64,000 nt of DNA, from IMG/VR virus record IMGVR_UViG_3300030419_007196, positions 60,865 to 124,864 of that record. One strand, 5' to 3'. This DNA is from a virus. The position numbers were made by a program, and so were the translations under genes. Shown piece by piece: positions 48,894-58,947 of this stretch. The notes beneath the pieces are model-generated. The model had not been told where the DNA came from, ran no database searches, and worked only from the letters and a program-made list of their open reading frames with translations. How positions within the stretch are numbered: the first letter of the stretch is position 1; the number at the start of each line of letters is the position of its first letter.

Positions 48894-49796
48894 CTAAAGA
48901 ACCTGCTCAAACACCTTCAAATATTTTTCCGCGACCTCTTTGGGGGTCTGGACGTGAATCTTGCCCTTATATAACTCCAAATTGTTGGAGACTTTTTCAA
49001 TTGCATCGGCTGCGCCTTGAGCAGTTTCAAACAGGAGGCCAGCTTGCTGTACAACCTCTGGACTTCCGCCACTATCTAGAGCCACGGCTGGCAAACCACA
49101 CGACATAGCCTCAACAAGCGAATTAGAACAAGCATCATATTTAGTGGCTGTGACAAAAATATCGTGCTGTTGTAAGCTATTAGCAACCTCGTCAACCGGG
49201 AGAGGGCCGATCCTTTTTATATTTTTAAATTCGATACCGGGGTCTCGACCAATATAAGTAAATTCATATTTTGAAAAATCTAAGTTGTCGTCTAGAAACT
49301 TATAAACATCAATACCCTTGTTTTTATTTACAGACCAAGACGTACAGACAAGTCTAATTTTCTCACTTTTTCGTTTTATATAATCTGTGTTGAAAAATCT
49401 ATCATCTGCTGCGTTTAAAATAACGTTATTATTTTGTGACTTCAAACCATAATCAAAATATGAGTTCATGGTCCAATCTGAAATAAAAATACTAGCGTCT
49501 GCGCACTCTGCATTTAAGTGAAATGCTATGTCCTGCCTAACATCGTCTTTGTGATTATACAATTTATATACACCCGCTATTCTGTGAACAAATTTTTTAT
49601 TTGGTAGGTGCCTCTTTAATAACATCACCTCTTTTGGGTGGTGATGAGCATTAAATAATATAACATCAGATGTGCTTGGCTTTTCAGAATAATTGCCACT
49701 TTTTCTGAATTCATTTCTCAATAAACGCAAGAACTGGCGAGCACCGCCGCTAGCGCTGCGTTCTTCCGGAATTGGATATGCTATAAAGACCTTCAT
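48894..49796 (-). CDS. GT4 (GT-B) glycosyltransferase
   Basis: DIFV...DACSNSLVEAMSCGLPAV..DSGGSPEVV. Confidence 0.88.
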   Translation of the reverse strand: MKVFIAYPIPEERSASGGARQFLRLLRNEFRKSGNYSEKPSTSDVILFNAHHHPKEVMLLKRHLPNKKFVHRIAGVYKLYNHKDDVRQDIAFHLNAECADASIFISDWTMNSYFDYGLKSQNNNVILNAADDRFFNTDYIKRKSEKIRLVCTSWSVNKNKGIDVYKFLDDNLDFSKYEFTYIGRDPGIEFKNIKRIGPLPVDEVANSLQQHDIFVTATKYDACSNSLVEAMSCGLPAVALDSGGSPEVVQQAGLLFETAQGAADAIEKVSNNLELYKGKIHVQTPKEVAEKYLKVFEQVL

Positions 49797-49798
49797 TA

Positions 49799-50731
49799 TC
49801 AGGTATAATGCTTTTCGAACATTTTTTCGTAGTATTTGATCGTTTCAACCAAGCCCTTTTGAAGGTCCCACTCCAATTCATAATCTAAGAGCCTCTTCAG
49901 ATTTGATGGGTCAAGAGCAATTTCAATGTGTACCTCGCCCGGGCGCATGTCAACATATTCAACATCAATTTTTCGTCCCCATGCCTTTTCAACAGCTTCA
50001 ATAATCTCTAATACAGAGTTGTTTGTACCCCGGCCAATATGAATAATTTCGCCACCTAGATTCTTTTCCGATGTCAAAGCACGAGAAAAAGACTCGACAA
50101 CATCGTCGACATAAATGTATTCTGATTTTTGATTTCCGTTACCAAAAATCTGAAACTTGTTGCCCTTCATGTTTTCCATCAAAATAGTTGGAACGATTTT
50201 TTGGTAATTAAAAGGAGCTTCTTTGGGGCCATCGAGCCAGCGCTCTCTGGCTCCGTAAATATTTCCTAGCTTCATAGCGACAACTTCTAGGCCAAATTCT
50301 TTTGAAAACAACTGACCAAACTTCTCGACGGCAGCCTTTGTAATCTTATAGGGATTGATCCATGGAACATCAGGAGTAGTTGGAACAAGGACTCTTTTAA
50401 CGCCGTGCTTCTTGCAGTGCTTGAACATTTTTACTGTTCCAACCACATTTGTCATGGCGACATTTTCCACGTCATACGTTGTAATTGTTTCGCTAGTTCC
50501 CAAAACTGCTGCCATGTGAATAACACGATCTTTGCCGGCAACAACGCTATCCATAGCCTCATCATCTAACACACTTGCTTTAACAAAATTAAAGTTTGGA
50601 TTATCGGCATGAACTTTAATCTCGTCACTTTCCCATAAATCTACAACTGTAACTTCGTGGCCATCGTTTAAAAGCCGATCTGCGACATGACTACCAATAA
50701 AGCCGGCCCCACCGGTCAACAATACTTTCAT
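49799..50731 (-). CDS. NAD-dependent NDP-sugar epimerase/dehydratase
   Basis: TGGAGFIG, IHMAA, PYKITK, NIYG; SD AAGGAG. Confidence 0.88.
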   Translation of the reverse strand: MKVLLTGGAGFIGSHVADRLLNDGHEVTVVDLWESDEIKVHADNPNFNFVKASVLDDEAMDSVVAGKDRVIHMAAVLGTSETITTYDVENVAMTNVVGTVKMFKHCKKHGVKRVLVPTTPDVPWINPYKITKAAVEKFGQLFSKEFGLEVVAMKLGNIYGARERWLDGPKEAPFNYQKIVPTILMENMKGNKFQIFGNGNQKSEYIYVDDVVESFSRALTSEKNLGGEIIHIGRGTNNSVLEIIEAVEKAWGRKIDVEYVDMRPGEVHIEIALDPSNLKRLLDYELEWDLQKGLVETIKYYEKMFEKHYT

Positions 50732-50754
50732 TTTCTTCTCCTTTGTTTAAAAAA

Positions 50755-50783
50755 ATAATAACACACTAAGCCCTAAATTTAAA
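50755..50783 (-). promoter_or_regulatory. Sigma70-like promoter (TTTAAA-17-TATTAT with extended TG)
   Basis: Minus strand TTTAAA tttagggcttagtgTGt TATTAT in an intergenic gap. Confidence 0.5.
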
Positions 50784-50788
50784 TTATT

Positions 50789-51823
50789 TTATTGGTTTTG
50801 TCCATAAAATAATTTCATATCCTCATAAAAATCGCCAACATCATAGATTACCGGGCTGTCGTTCTCTATGTGTTGTAACATGGAATCAATATGGTACATT
50901 ATACCAATTTGAAATTCGCTCAAATTCATATCTGTGTATGGGTTGTCCCACCTTATTTCATTTTGATTTATTGTGCACGATAGACATTTTAGTTTGTCGT
51001 TTTCATATTTTTTATTCATTTCAATATTAGTTTTAACACCACTCTTGTCTATCGATTGCATTTCAAAATTGCTATTTGTAAGACAACCAGAGATTATGGA
51101 CCCTCTCGTGCCGTATATTCTAAGAGACTTAAAACCTCTAAAAGCTACCTTTTTGTATAAAGAGGAATATTTGTTAATAAATAAAGACCCGTTACTCATT
51201 CGTGCGGTAGTTATTTTCCATGCATCCACTTCATTTTCTATAAATGAGGAAAGATCGTTATTTTGTGATCTTTTTATCGGATATCCGGCTTCAATCTGTT
51301 TTATATCAACTGGCACCGCATTTTTTGGCAAATAAGATCTTAGCTGGGCGATACCATGATAATCATAGGTTCTATAATCATTCTCGACTGTAAAAATATC
51401 ACCCAATACGCCACTTTTTATTATCTCGTGCTTCAAACACTCCATCGGCAATCTAATCCAATCCTCAACCACGGCTATAGTTGTGTCATAATTCATGGAC
51501 TCCATTTTGATCTTTAAAATTTCATTTGGGTTAAAGCTGATAGGAGTATCAACAAGGATTGGCGTCTCAAAATCAACTATCCTTGATATAATTGTGGACG
51601 TTTGGCTGTGTGGTGTCGACATATAAATCAAATCAGGGTCTTGTTCCTCGCACATCTTAACAGGGCAGTTATATACAGGACAGTTCATATCGTGTCCCGA
51701 TGCTATTTTGCCGGATTTTGTCGTGATACCAACAATTTCAATTTGGCTATTTAACTGTTTTAAGACAGGAAGATTATAATTTATCATCCTTTTTCCAAAG
51801 CCAATTAGGCATAATTTAACCAT
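50789..51823 (-). CDS. Gfo/Idh/MocA family oxidoreductase
   Basis: LIGFGK, DLIYMSTP, ILVDTP, SGVLGDI, HGIAQL, IYGTRGSI. Confidence 0.7.
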   Translation of the reverse strand: MVKLCLIGFGKRMINYNLPVLKQLNSQIEIVGITTKSGKIASGHDMNCPVYNCPVKMCEEQDPDLIYMSTPHSQTSTIISRIVDFETPILVDTPISFNPNEILKIKMESMNYDTTIAVVEDWIRLPMECLKHEIIKSGVLGDIFTVENDYRTYDYHGIAQLRSYLPKNAVPVDIKQIEAGYPIKRSQNNDLSSFIENEVDAWKITTARMSNGSLFINKYSSLYKKVAFRGFKSLRIYGTRGSIISGCLTNSNFEMQSIDKSGVKTNIEMNKKYENDKLKCLSCTINQNEIRWDNPYTDMNLSEFQIGIMYHIDSMLQHIENDSPVIYDVGDFYEDMKLFYGQNQ

Positions 51824-52511
51824 TTACACACCTCTCCAAATATTTTTTATGTAATTTAGTGTTTTCTCTATAATTTGTTAATTGTTGCGGCAGGCAAAAA
51901 TTATAAATGACTCTTATTGTTCCATTCTTATGAGACGGCAGCGTTGAGTGAAATAAAGCTGTATTCAAGAAAATATAACTGCCAGTTTTTACTTTTTTGA
52001 TTTTAACTTCATTTATCTGCTCGTAATCTCTCTGCTTGTCTTTTAAAATTGATAAATGGGTTGTAGGCGCTAGCATTAAGGGTGTTTCCTGAATGTTATT
52101 TAGTTCAGGATAATATATCAACTTGTAAATTGGAGGCGTGTTGCCGCTCAGTTTATTATTATAAAAATGAGTGTCTCTGTGCCATTCCATATAACTTGCT
52201 TCTGGAGCTTCTTCAAATGGGTACGCCACTCTTAACTGAATGTGTCCCAAACAAAGGTTGTAACCTAAAGAGCTTTTTATAATTTTTGGGATATCATTGT
52301 CAAAAAGTATATCTAAAAACACATCATCGTATTCATATACATTTGGTCTTAGGTCTTCACTATAATGATACTTTTGTTTAAAAGCAAACCCAGGTTTTAA
52401 ATTTTTATTGTGTATGTTTTTTAAACACTCATCTATCCTAGATAAAACAGCATTTTTCTTAAATGTGCCGATTGAGTAGCCATTAAAATAAAAATCTTTT
52501 AAATTATTCAT
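51816..52511 (-). CDS. PhyH-like 2OG-Fe(II) dioxygenase
   Basis: WHRD...PTTH...LFH...R facial-triad pattern; start moved to ATG 52511 (SD AGGTG). Confidence 0.7.
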   Translation of the reverse strand: MNNLKDFYFNGYSIGTFKKNAVLSRIDECLKNIHNKNLKPGFAFKQKYHYSEDLRPNVYEYDDVFLDILFDNDIPKIIKSSLGYNLCLGHIQLRVAYPFEEAPEASYMEWHRDTHFYNNKLSGNTPPIYKLIYYPELNNIQETPLMLAPTTHLSILKDKQRDYEQINEVKIKKVKTGSYIFLNTALFHSTLPSHKNGTIRVIYNFCLPQQLTNYRENTKLHKKYLERCVNG

Positions 52512-53466
52512 TTTTATCACCTTTTGTTTCATACCATTCTATAGTTTTTAGCAGCCCCTCTTCAAGCGTTTTAAATTCATAATTTGGAACATGTTTAGTC
52601 AGCTTGGTGATATCAGGGTGCCTTCTTTTTGTATCGTTAGGACGATCAGGCGTATGTGTAGGATCGTAGTCGCGTTTCATAAGACGATGTATGGTTTTAG
52701 CCAAAAAATTAATACTTATTTCGTTGCCGGCACCAATATTAAAAATTTCATTTTGCGCCGATGAACATAGTTCTACAACTGTTTTACAGTGGTCTTCAAC
52801 ATGGCAAAAACTCCTAGTTTGTTTTCCAGAACCTATAATAGCAAAATCTTTATCACTCTTTATTTTTTTAATAAATTCTGGTACAACTTGACCATACTCT
52901 GTATTGTCCATTCTTGGTCCGTATGTATTGAACGGTCTAATGATCAAAAAATCAATATTATTTTTTTTACAAAAATTCATAACATAAAATTCACCAATGG
53001 CTTTTGAAGAGGCATAACTATCCCTATCTGCCATAGCATTGAGGATAATAAACTCAGTCTCAGGTGTTGGAATTATAGGGTTGTGACCATAGACCTCTGA
53101 ACTTGAAGCATACACTATTTTATTTACTGTAGTGTTACTTGTTGCGTTTAATAAATTTTGCGTCATTCTCACATTATCATCTAAAACTTTAAATGGAATA
53201 TCATAAAAATATTTTGTCCCATTAATTGCAGCGTAATGATAAATTGTATCTGGTCTTTCTTTTAAAATTATTGTCGATAGTTTTTCATAATCAGTTACTA
53301 AATCAACCTCATAAAATACAAAATTCTCATGTGTTGGTAGATTTTCTTTTTTCCCACGAAAAAAATTATCCATACCGACAACTTTTTGACCGCGAGCTAA
53401 TAACTCCTCCACTAGAAAGCTTCCAAGAAACCCAGCGGCGCCAGTCACTAAAACCTTTTTCATCAC
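52504..53466 (-). CDS. NAD-dependent epimerase/dehydratase (UDP-glucuronate decarboxylase-like)
   Basis: TGAAGFLG, ASSSEVYG, RDSYASSK, RPFNTYGPRM, QTRSFC, RRHPDI. Confidence 0.85.
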   Translation of the reverse strand: MMKKVLVTGAAGFLGSFLVEELLARGQKVVGMDNFFRGKKENLPTHENFVFYEVDLVTDYEKLSTIILKERPDTIYHYAAINGTKYFYDIPFKVLDDNVRMTQNLLNATSNTTVNKIVYASSSEVYGHNPIIPTPETEFIILNAMADRDSYASSKAIGEFYVMNFCKKNNIDFLIIRPFNTYGPRMDNTEYGQVVPEFIKKIKSDKDFAIIGSGKQTRSFCHVEDHCKTVVELCSSAQNEIFNIGAGNEISINFLAKTIHRLMKRDYDPTHTPDRPNDTKRRHPDITKLTKHVPNYEFKTLEEGLLKTIEWYETKGDKNE

Positions 53467-54257
53467 TTCCTCATGCCCTTAAAAACGGTTGTTTTGTATT
53501 TGTTGTTTTCTTCTATTAGATGTTTAAAAAAATCAACGTTAAGATCGTTTTTTAAACACAGAAAAGCTAAACTTTTTGTATCTTTAGGTAGGCACATTCC
53601 TCCAAACCCTCGCAGATCCTTATTGCAATTCAAATATACGTCATTAATGTGCTCTCTTTTAACAGCGGCATTTTTTACATTCGTATAATCCGCTTCCAAA
53701 CTCTCGCACAGTTCATAAAAACTATTGGCAAATGTTATTAATGTAGCATTATACACATTGTTAAAATATTTAACCAATTCTGCTTCTGTTTCATCAGTTC
53801 TTATCACTTTTTTTGGTAAGCTGCCATGGCAATTAAATATTTTTTCATATATATTGGGACAAGATGTTCCCACAACACACAAATCGTGATTTTCAATAAA
53901 GTCCTCGGTGGCGCACCTCTCTCTTAAGAATTCTGGCACAAAACACAGTTTTAATTTTGGGTATTTTAATTGAAGGTTTTTTGTTGTACCGGGGGTGACG
54001 GTAGACTTAATTGCAATGATGCCCTGATATCGAAGATCATTGAGATCTTCAACCACACTCTCTACTATACTTGTATTGCAAGACCCATCATGAGCAGATG
54101 GGGTGGGGACACAAATATAACAAATTTCAGTATTCAAAACATTTTCGATTTTAGTGTTGTTTTTTATATCGTGAAAGAAGACTGTGTGTTTGAGACTTTC
54201 GAACCCTTCTTTAACAGCGGTGCCAACAACGCCGAGACCAATAATTCCTATTTTCAA
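53463..54257 (-). CDS. ugd: UDP-glucose/GDP-mannose 6-dehydrogenase family, short form
   Basis: GLGVVG, ICVPTP, KSTVTPG, PEFLRE, AELVKY, GFGGMCLPKD. Confidence 0.88.
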   Translation of the reverse strand: MKIGIIGLGVVGTAVKEGFESLKHTVFFHDIKNNTKIENVLNTEICYICVPTPSAHDGSCNTSIVESVVEDLNDLRYQGIIAIKSTVTPGTTKNLQLKYPKLKLCFVPEFLRERCATEDFIENHDLCVVGTSCPNIYEKIFNCHGSLPKKVIRTDETEAELVKYFNNVYNATLITFANSFYELCESLEADYTNVKNAAVKREHINDVYLNCNKDLRGFGGMCLPKDTKSLAFLCLKNDLNVDFFKHLIEENNKYKTTVFKGMRK

Positions 54258-54258
54258 A

Positions 54259-55179
54259 TCATTCTCCTAAAACGTTTAGAAAAAAATTAACGTATTCTTT
54301 AATGTATTTGTGCATTTCATACTTTTTAACTTTCTCATAACAACATTCTACATCATTAGGGCTGGGAATGTAAATATTATTAGGCATATTAATAATACAA
54401 TTATCACTTAGAGTATCTCTAGCCATGCCCACATCGGTGGAAATAATTGGTATCTTCATAGCCGATGCTTCTAAAACTGCTTGAGGTCCGCCCTCCGTTC
54501 TAGAAGAGACCACATAGAGGTCACAACAGGCGTACATATCTCTTAAAGTTTCCATTGGTGCCATTTCTATAAATTTATAATCAATGGATTCTTCTTTAAG
54601 TCTTTGTATTATGTATTGTCTGCGCCACCCTCCAAGCAGCACTAATAATTTCTTTTTATCAATCTTTTTAATTGTGTCAACAAAAATATCAGGACCCTTT
54701 TCAAGCTTGGGGCTTTTTAAATCATGCCCTTCTGTATCTCTTTGAAAACTACCAACAACATATTTGTCATCAGGAATTTGTATTTTACTTCTAGCATACT
54801 TTTTTTCAAGAGGGTGCCATATTTTTGAGTTGTACCAATATCCAATAACTTTAATTGGCTTTTTTGTTATCTGGCAAATAAAATCTTTAGTTTTTTGGCA
54901 AGGGACATGATAAACATTAACATATTGATCTCTCGCTAAAAATTCTGCTAATGAGTTTCTGGTAAATTTTTCTTTAACGACATGGTGTATTGTCGCGACA
55001 ACTTTTTTTTCTCGTAGAAATACATCTGGTATTGATCGCCACTGATAAGAACTTATGAGCCATATTACATCTGCTTCCGCTATATTCTCAGTAGTAAGAT
55101 CAGGTTTTAGTTTCTTCCATTCAGCAGCGATACGATCTAATATCCAACCCTCATTTGGCGATAATACAAATACTTTCAT
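54259..55179 (-). CDS. GT4 glycosyltransferase
   Basis: EKGPD, DLYVVSSRTEGGPQAVLEA...PIISTDVG. Confidence 0.88.
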   Translation of the reverse strand: MKVFVLSPNEGWILDRIAAEWKKLKPDLTTENIAEADVIWLISSYQWRSIPDVFLREKKVVATIHHVVKEKFTRNSLAEFLARDQYVNVYHVPCQKTKDFICQITKKPIKVIGYWYNSKIWHPLEKKYARSKIQIPDDKYVVGSFQRDTEGHDLKSPKLEKGPDIFVDTIKKIDKKKLLVLLGGWRRQYIIQRLKEESIDYKFIEMAPMETLRDMYACCDLYVVSSRTEGGPQAVLEASAMKIPIISTDVGMARDTLSDNCIINMPNNIYIPSPNDVECCYEKVKKYEMHKYIKEYVNFFLNVLGE

Positions 55180-56057
55180 TTAATAAAGCTCACATATTTT
55201 TCAGCTACTTTTTCCATATCATAACAAGAATCATAGATATTTTTAATTTTTCTTTTAAAGTTCATTTCGGGTGGACTATAAAGTCTTGTTGGCTTGTAAT
55301 CCCACTCGTCTTCCATAATAATTATGGCATCGAGACCAGCTATTTCTCTCGTGCCGCCGGCTGAGGAGCATATGATTTGACAGCCACTTGCCCTAGCGTC
55401 AATAACGACGTTTGGGCAATGATCTAGCCAAGCTAAATGTAAAAAGTATTTACTTCGCTTGTATAGCGACAAAAGCTTTTCATAGCTCAACTCACCAACG
55501 TAAAAAATGTTTGGGTCTTTAATATGATAATCAGGATTGCCAGCCACCACTAAACAATCGTTCTGTTCTTTATGTTCTAAGAAGTATCTAATATTGTCCT
55601 TTAATCTTTTGTGTGGGCGCCAAGAAGCTGCACAAGACCACACATTCTCATACTCATTAATAATTTTATTATCTAATGGCTCTATTTTATCAATTAAAGA
55701 AATATCAGCGCCGTTATGTATGACAATACTGTTATCATGGCCACCAAAATATTCCTTGGTTAACCTTTTATTAAACTCTGATTGAAAAATAACGCCATGT
55801 GCTTTTTTGTAGGTTGCCAGTATGTTTTGGTTTTGCCTATTAAAATCAAAGTCCGTATTAAAATATATTCCATCTAGTCTTTGAAAAAGTCTGTCTGATG
55901 AGTGGTTGCTACCATCCTCTATGAAACAAAGGATGGCATCATAGTCGTGATCAGTTACCTTATCGCCATTTAGATGCAAATATTTATGTAGTTTTTTGCC
56001 AAAAGAATTTGGCCCCGAATTGCTTCTAAAGTTCACATTTTCAAATTTAATTTTCAA
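55176..56057 (-). CDS. GT4 glycosyltransferase
   Basis: IHNG, DHCPNVVIDARASGC..GGTREI; related to 48894-49796. Confidence 0.82.
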   Translation of the reverse strand: MKIKFENVNFRSNSGPNSFGKKLHKYLHLNGDKVTDHDYDAILCFIEDGSNHSSDRLFQRLDGIYFNTDFDFNRQNQNILATYKKAHGVIFQSEFNKRLTKEYFGGHDNSIVIHNGADISLIDKIEPLDNKIINEYENVWSCAASWRPHKRLKDNIRYFLEHKEQNDCLVVAGNPDYHIKDPNIFYVGELSYEKLLSLYKRSKYFLHLAWLDHCPNVVIDARASGCQIICSSAGGTREIAGLDAIIIMEDEWDYKPTRLYSPPEMNFKRKIKNIYDSCYDMEKVAEKYVSFIK

Positions 56058-57660
56058 AATCTATCCTACTATATTTCTTTTTTCGCCTAATTCGCTGCTT
56101 AGTAGTATATTGTTGAGCTTGTTTTATTTTATCAACATTTAAGGGGTTGGAACGGTTATAAACATGTAGAACTTCTGGTACATATCTTGCTAATGGGCCA
56201 ACCATTTCCAACATCGGCAACATCATGGCCTGATCATATGTCATTTTATAGTATTCACCGTCGTCATCCATCAGATCTTTTTTGTCAATTTTGTCCCACA
56301 GTAGAGCCTTAAACGTTCGTAGGTGAGAGGCTCTCCATTCATCATTACGATAATCATTATTGTCTATTACGCTTTTCGGATATTCCGATGGTTCAACTCC
56401 CTTTGTCCCCATGGGGTAATATTGATAGCTTCCATATGTTAAGAATACTTTCTCCTCCACATAGATTTTGTTTAACAAATTAAGGACATCTTCCGATGAC
56501 AGCCAATCATCGCCATCTAAAACAATAATAACATCATCGGGGTTTGAATTTATGCTTTGAATAGCAATATCAATATTTTTAAGAGCATAGTTTTTTTCTT
56601 TATTATTTATGATTTTGTATCTTTCATCACCCTTAAAGTGTTTATCAAAAACATTCGCCGTGTTGTCCGTTGAAACATCGTTCACAACAGTTACTGTGTA
56701 ATTATCATATGTTTGCTTCTTGATGCTCGCGAGGCAGCGATACAGCCAACTCTGGACATTATAACATGGAACAACAAAATGAAATTTTGTTTTCTCCGCT
56801 ATCTTTTGTTCAACTAATTTTTCTTTCAAACATTTATCGTAGAAAATCTCTTTGTTTGTGTTTACATATTCTACAATAGACTCTCTGCTTTTAAACCACG
56901 GCTCATCTTTATGTTGAACATTATCATTTAAAACAAGCTCGCAGTTCAATAACCTTGCTTCGATTGTTATCCTCGGGCAAGTATCTAAACCGGCGGCGAG
57001 GAAGATAAGACCCTTTGAGGCTGCTAATTTTCGCAAAAGATCTTTGTGTTCTAGGCCCGATACCACTTCATATTTTAAATTGTGTTCGGTCGCGTATTTA
57101 ATTCCATCCTTTGTACCCTTAACCCAAGAATCAGATCCAAGAATAATATATTTATCGTTTTTATTTTTAGTATCTAGCGACTCTATAAACTTTAATGTTT
57201 CTTTTTTGAAAGAGGAACTTAAAACAGAACTAGACTTTGATAAAAAGGGAAAGATTGATTCATATTCATCCTTTTGCCCCTGTGACATAAAAAATAAGTT
57301 TTTTGCTTTTGCCAAAAATAGAGCAACCACCTTGCCCCTTCTCGATGTAGGACAATTGCACTCTCCTTCGGCGTTAATATGTTTATTTTTTAGTCTATAC
57401 TTACAATATTTATAATCATATTCAATAACACTATAGTCTTTTACCTTTTTAACAATCTCTAAAATGAGTTTATCGCTCAAAAAGGAAAAATTACCAAAAA
57501 TCCATTTTTCGTTTTTTAAAAGATCTATTGTTAAAGAATTTAAGTCGCGAGAATGTATTTTCTTATAATTGTAAAAGCCTCTCTCTAAGAAGGCATCTGT
57601 GGTTAATTCTGCGCCGCCGGTATAAGTATCTGAAAAGGCGTCTGCTACGACTACTATCAT
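56047..57660 (-). CDS. Two-domain glycosyltransferase (GT-B-like N-half + GT2 C-half)
   Basis: GGAE and DTCPRITIEARLLNC; then VVPCYN, VNDVSTD, LDGDDWL. Confidence 0.82.
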   Translation of the reverse strand: MIVVVADAFSDTYTGGAELTTDAFLERGFYNYKKIHSRDLNSLTIDLLKNEKWIFGNFSFLSDKLILEIVKKVKDYSVIEYDYKYCKYRLKNKHINAEGECNCPTSRRGKVVALFLAKAKNLFFMSQGQKDEYESIFPFLSKSSSVLSSSFKKETLKFIESLDTKNKNDKYIILGSDSWVKGTKDGIKYATEHNLKYEVVSGLEHKDLLRKLAASKGLIFLAAGLDTCPRITIEARLLNCELVLNDNVQHKDEPWFKSRESIVEYVNTNKEIFYDKCLKEKLVEQKIAEKTKFHFVVPCYNVQSWLYRCLASIKKQTYDNYTVTVVNDVSTDNTANVFDKHFKGDERYKIINNKEKNYALKNIDIAIQSINSNPDDVIIVLDGDDWLSSEDVLNLLNKIYVEEKVFLTYGSYQYYPMGTKGVEPSEYPKSVIDNNDYRNDEWRASHLRTFKALLWDKIDKKDLMDDDGEYYKMTYDQAMMLPMLEMVGPLARYVPEVLHVYNRSNPLNVDKIKQAQQYTTKQRIRRKKKYSRIDFEN

Positions 57661-58946
57661 AGTTCTAGTTTATTAAAAAGATCATCAATTTCTTCTTCAA
57701 TTTTTAATTCTTCTTCAAATATTGTTTCAATAATTTCGCTATTCTTATCTTTTTCGGCAAAATTTTCTTCCACCCAAGATTTTAATTTCTTGGAATGACC
57801 CAAATACATACCATGATTGTTTAGGCCGGCTCGCATGGCCACTTTACAAGAACTAAAGTTTGGATATGCCCACGCGGCGTCTCGTTCAATAACATCAGCC
57901 CACACAGCTTCGTTTTGTACTTGCCTTACATTATAAACGATCTTGTTGAAATGTGGACGCATCTTTGAAGCGCCCTTTTTATTTTTCTTTGGAGCGTAAA
58001 GGAAATCCTTTTGACCACCAAAATCGTGTGCAATTATTGGCAGACCACAATAAGCTGCTTCAAATAGTGGCAGACCGTAGCCTTCGCCATGGCCAAAATT
58101 CAACATAAATTTAACTTTTGGATGATTATACAGGCTATGAATCTCATCATTTGTCATCGATCCATGCAACAAATACATTTTACATTTAGCATCCGGATAG
58201 TCGGCCTTAACAGCCTGAAGTTTTTTCGTTGATACAAACCTATCCGGCAAACAATTTCTAGCCGTGTTTGTCTTTACTATTAGGCCGACGCCCTCGTCAT
58301 CTTTAAATTCTTCGAAGAATGCTCTTACAGTTTCTTCCATGTTCTTTCTTCTAGTCCACTGTGCAACCAAAAGAAAGTTAAAATCTGTTTCTAGTTCCAG
58401 ATCTAAATCTACTAGATCATATTTTTTAACTGGGTAGTTAACGACCGTTATTTTGTCTTCTAAATTTTCTCTAAGCTCTTCTAGGCTGTTTCTTGTATTT
58501 TCATCGAAAGCGTGAGAATACTTGTCGATTGCGTTAACAATACCCTCTTTTGAAAATTTAGAAGGTACAATAATTTTTTCCACATTCACCAAGCATGGTT
58601 GCAGCCAGCTAGGACAAACTGCATCTGCCTCGATGCCGGCAGTTACTCCAATCATCATCGGCGCAACACGATTCCAAGCAGTTGGAAGATCAACATGAAT
58701 ACACACATCAAAAAAATTAGGGATTTTTTCCCTCATGACATGGTGAAACTTAGATATACACAAATCAATCTTCTTTCTTTCTTCCGAAGTTTCCCATTGC
58801 CAGCTAGTTGTCCCCCAATTAAGAGGTTCCACAAATATGTCAAACATGTCTTCCTTTTCAAGAAGTGCTCTAAAAATAAATCTGGAATGTTCACCATAGC
58901 CCGATTGTGTTAAAATAGGTGCTTTTAATAATACTTTTCTTTTCAT
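57657..58946 (-). CDS. GT4 glycosyltransferase
   Basis: SGYGEHSR, RKN, HGEGYGLPLFEAAYCGLPII; start moved to ATG 58946. Confidence 0.88.
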   Translation of the reverse strand: MKRKVLLKAPILTQSGYGEHSRFIFRALLEKEDMFDIFVEPLNWGTTSWQWETSEERKKIDLCISKFHHVMREKIPNFFDVCIHVDLPTAWNRVAPMMIGVTAGIEADAVCPSWLQPCLVNVEKIIVPSKFSKEGIVNAIDKYSHAFDENTRNSLEELRENLEDKITVVNYPVKKYDLVDLDLELETDFNFLLVAQWTRRKNMEETVRAFFEEFKDDEGVGLIVKTNTARNCLPDRFVSTKKLQAVKADYPDAKCKMYLLHGSMTNDEIHSLYNHPKVKFMLNFGHGEGYGLPLFEAAYCGLPIIAHDFGGQKDFLYAPKKNKKGASKMRPHFNKIVYNVRQVQNEAVWADVIERDAAWAYPNFSSCKVAMRAGLNNHGMYLGHSKKLKSWVEENFAEKDKNSEIIETIFEEELKIEEEIDDLFNKLEL

Positions 58947-58947
58947 T

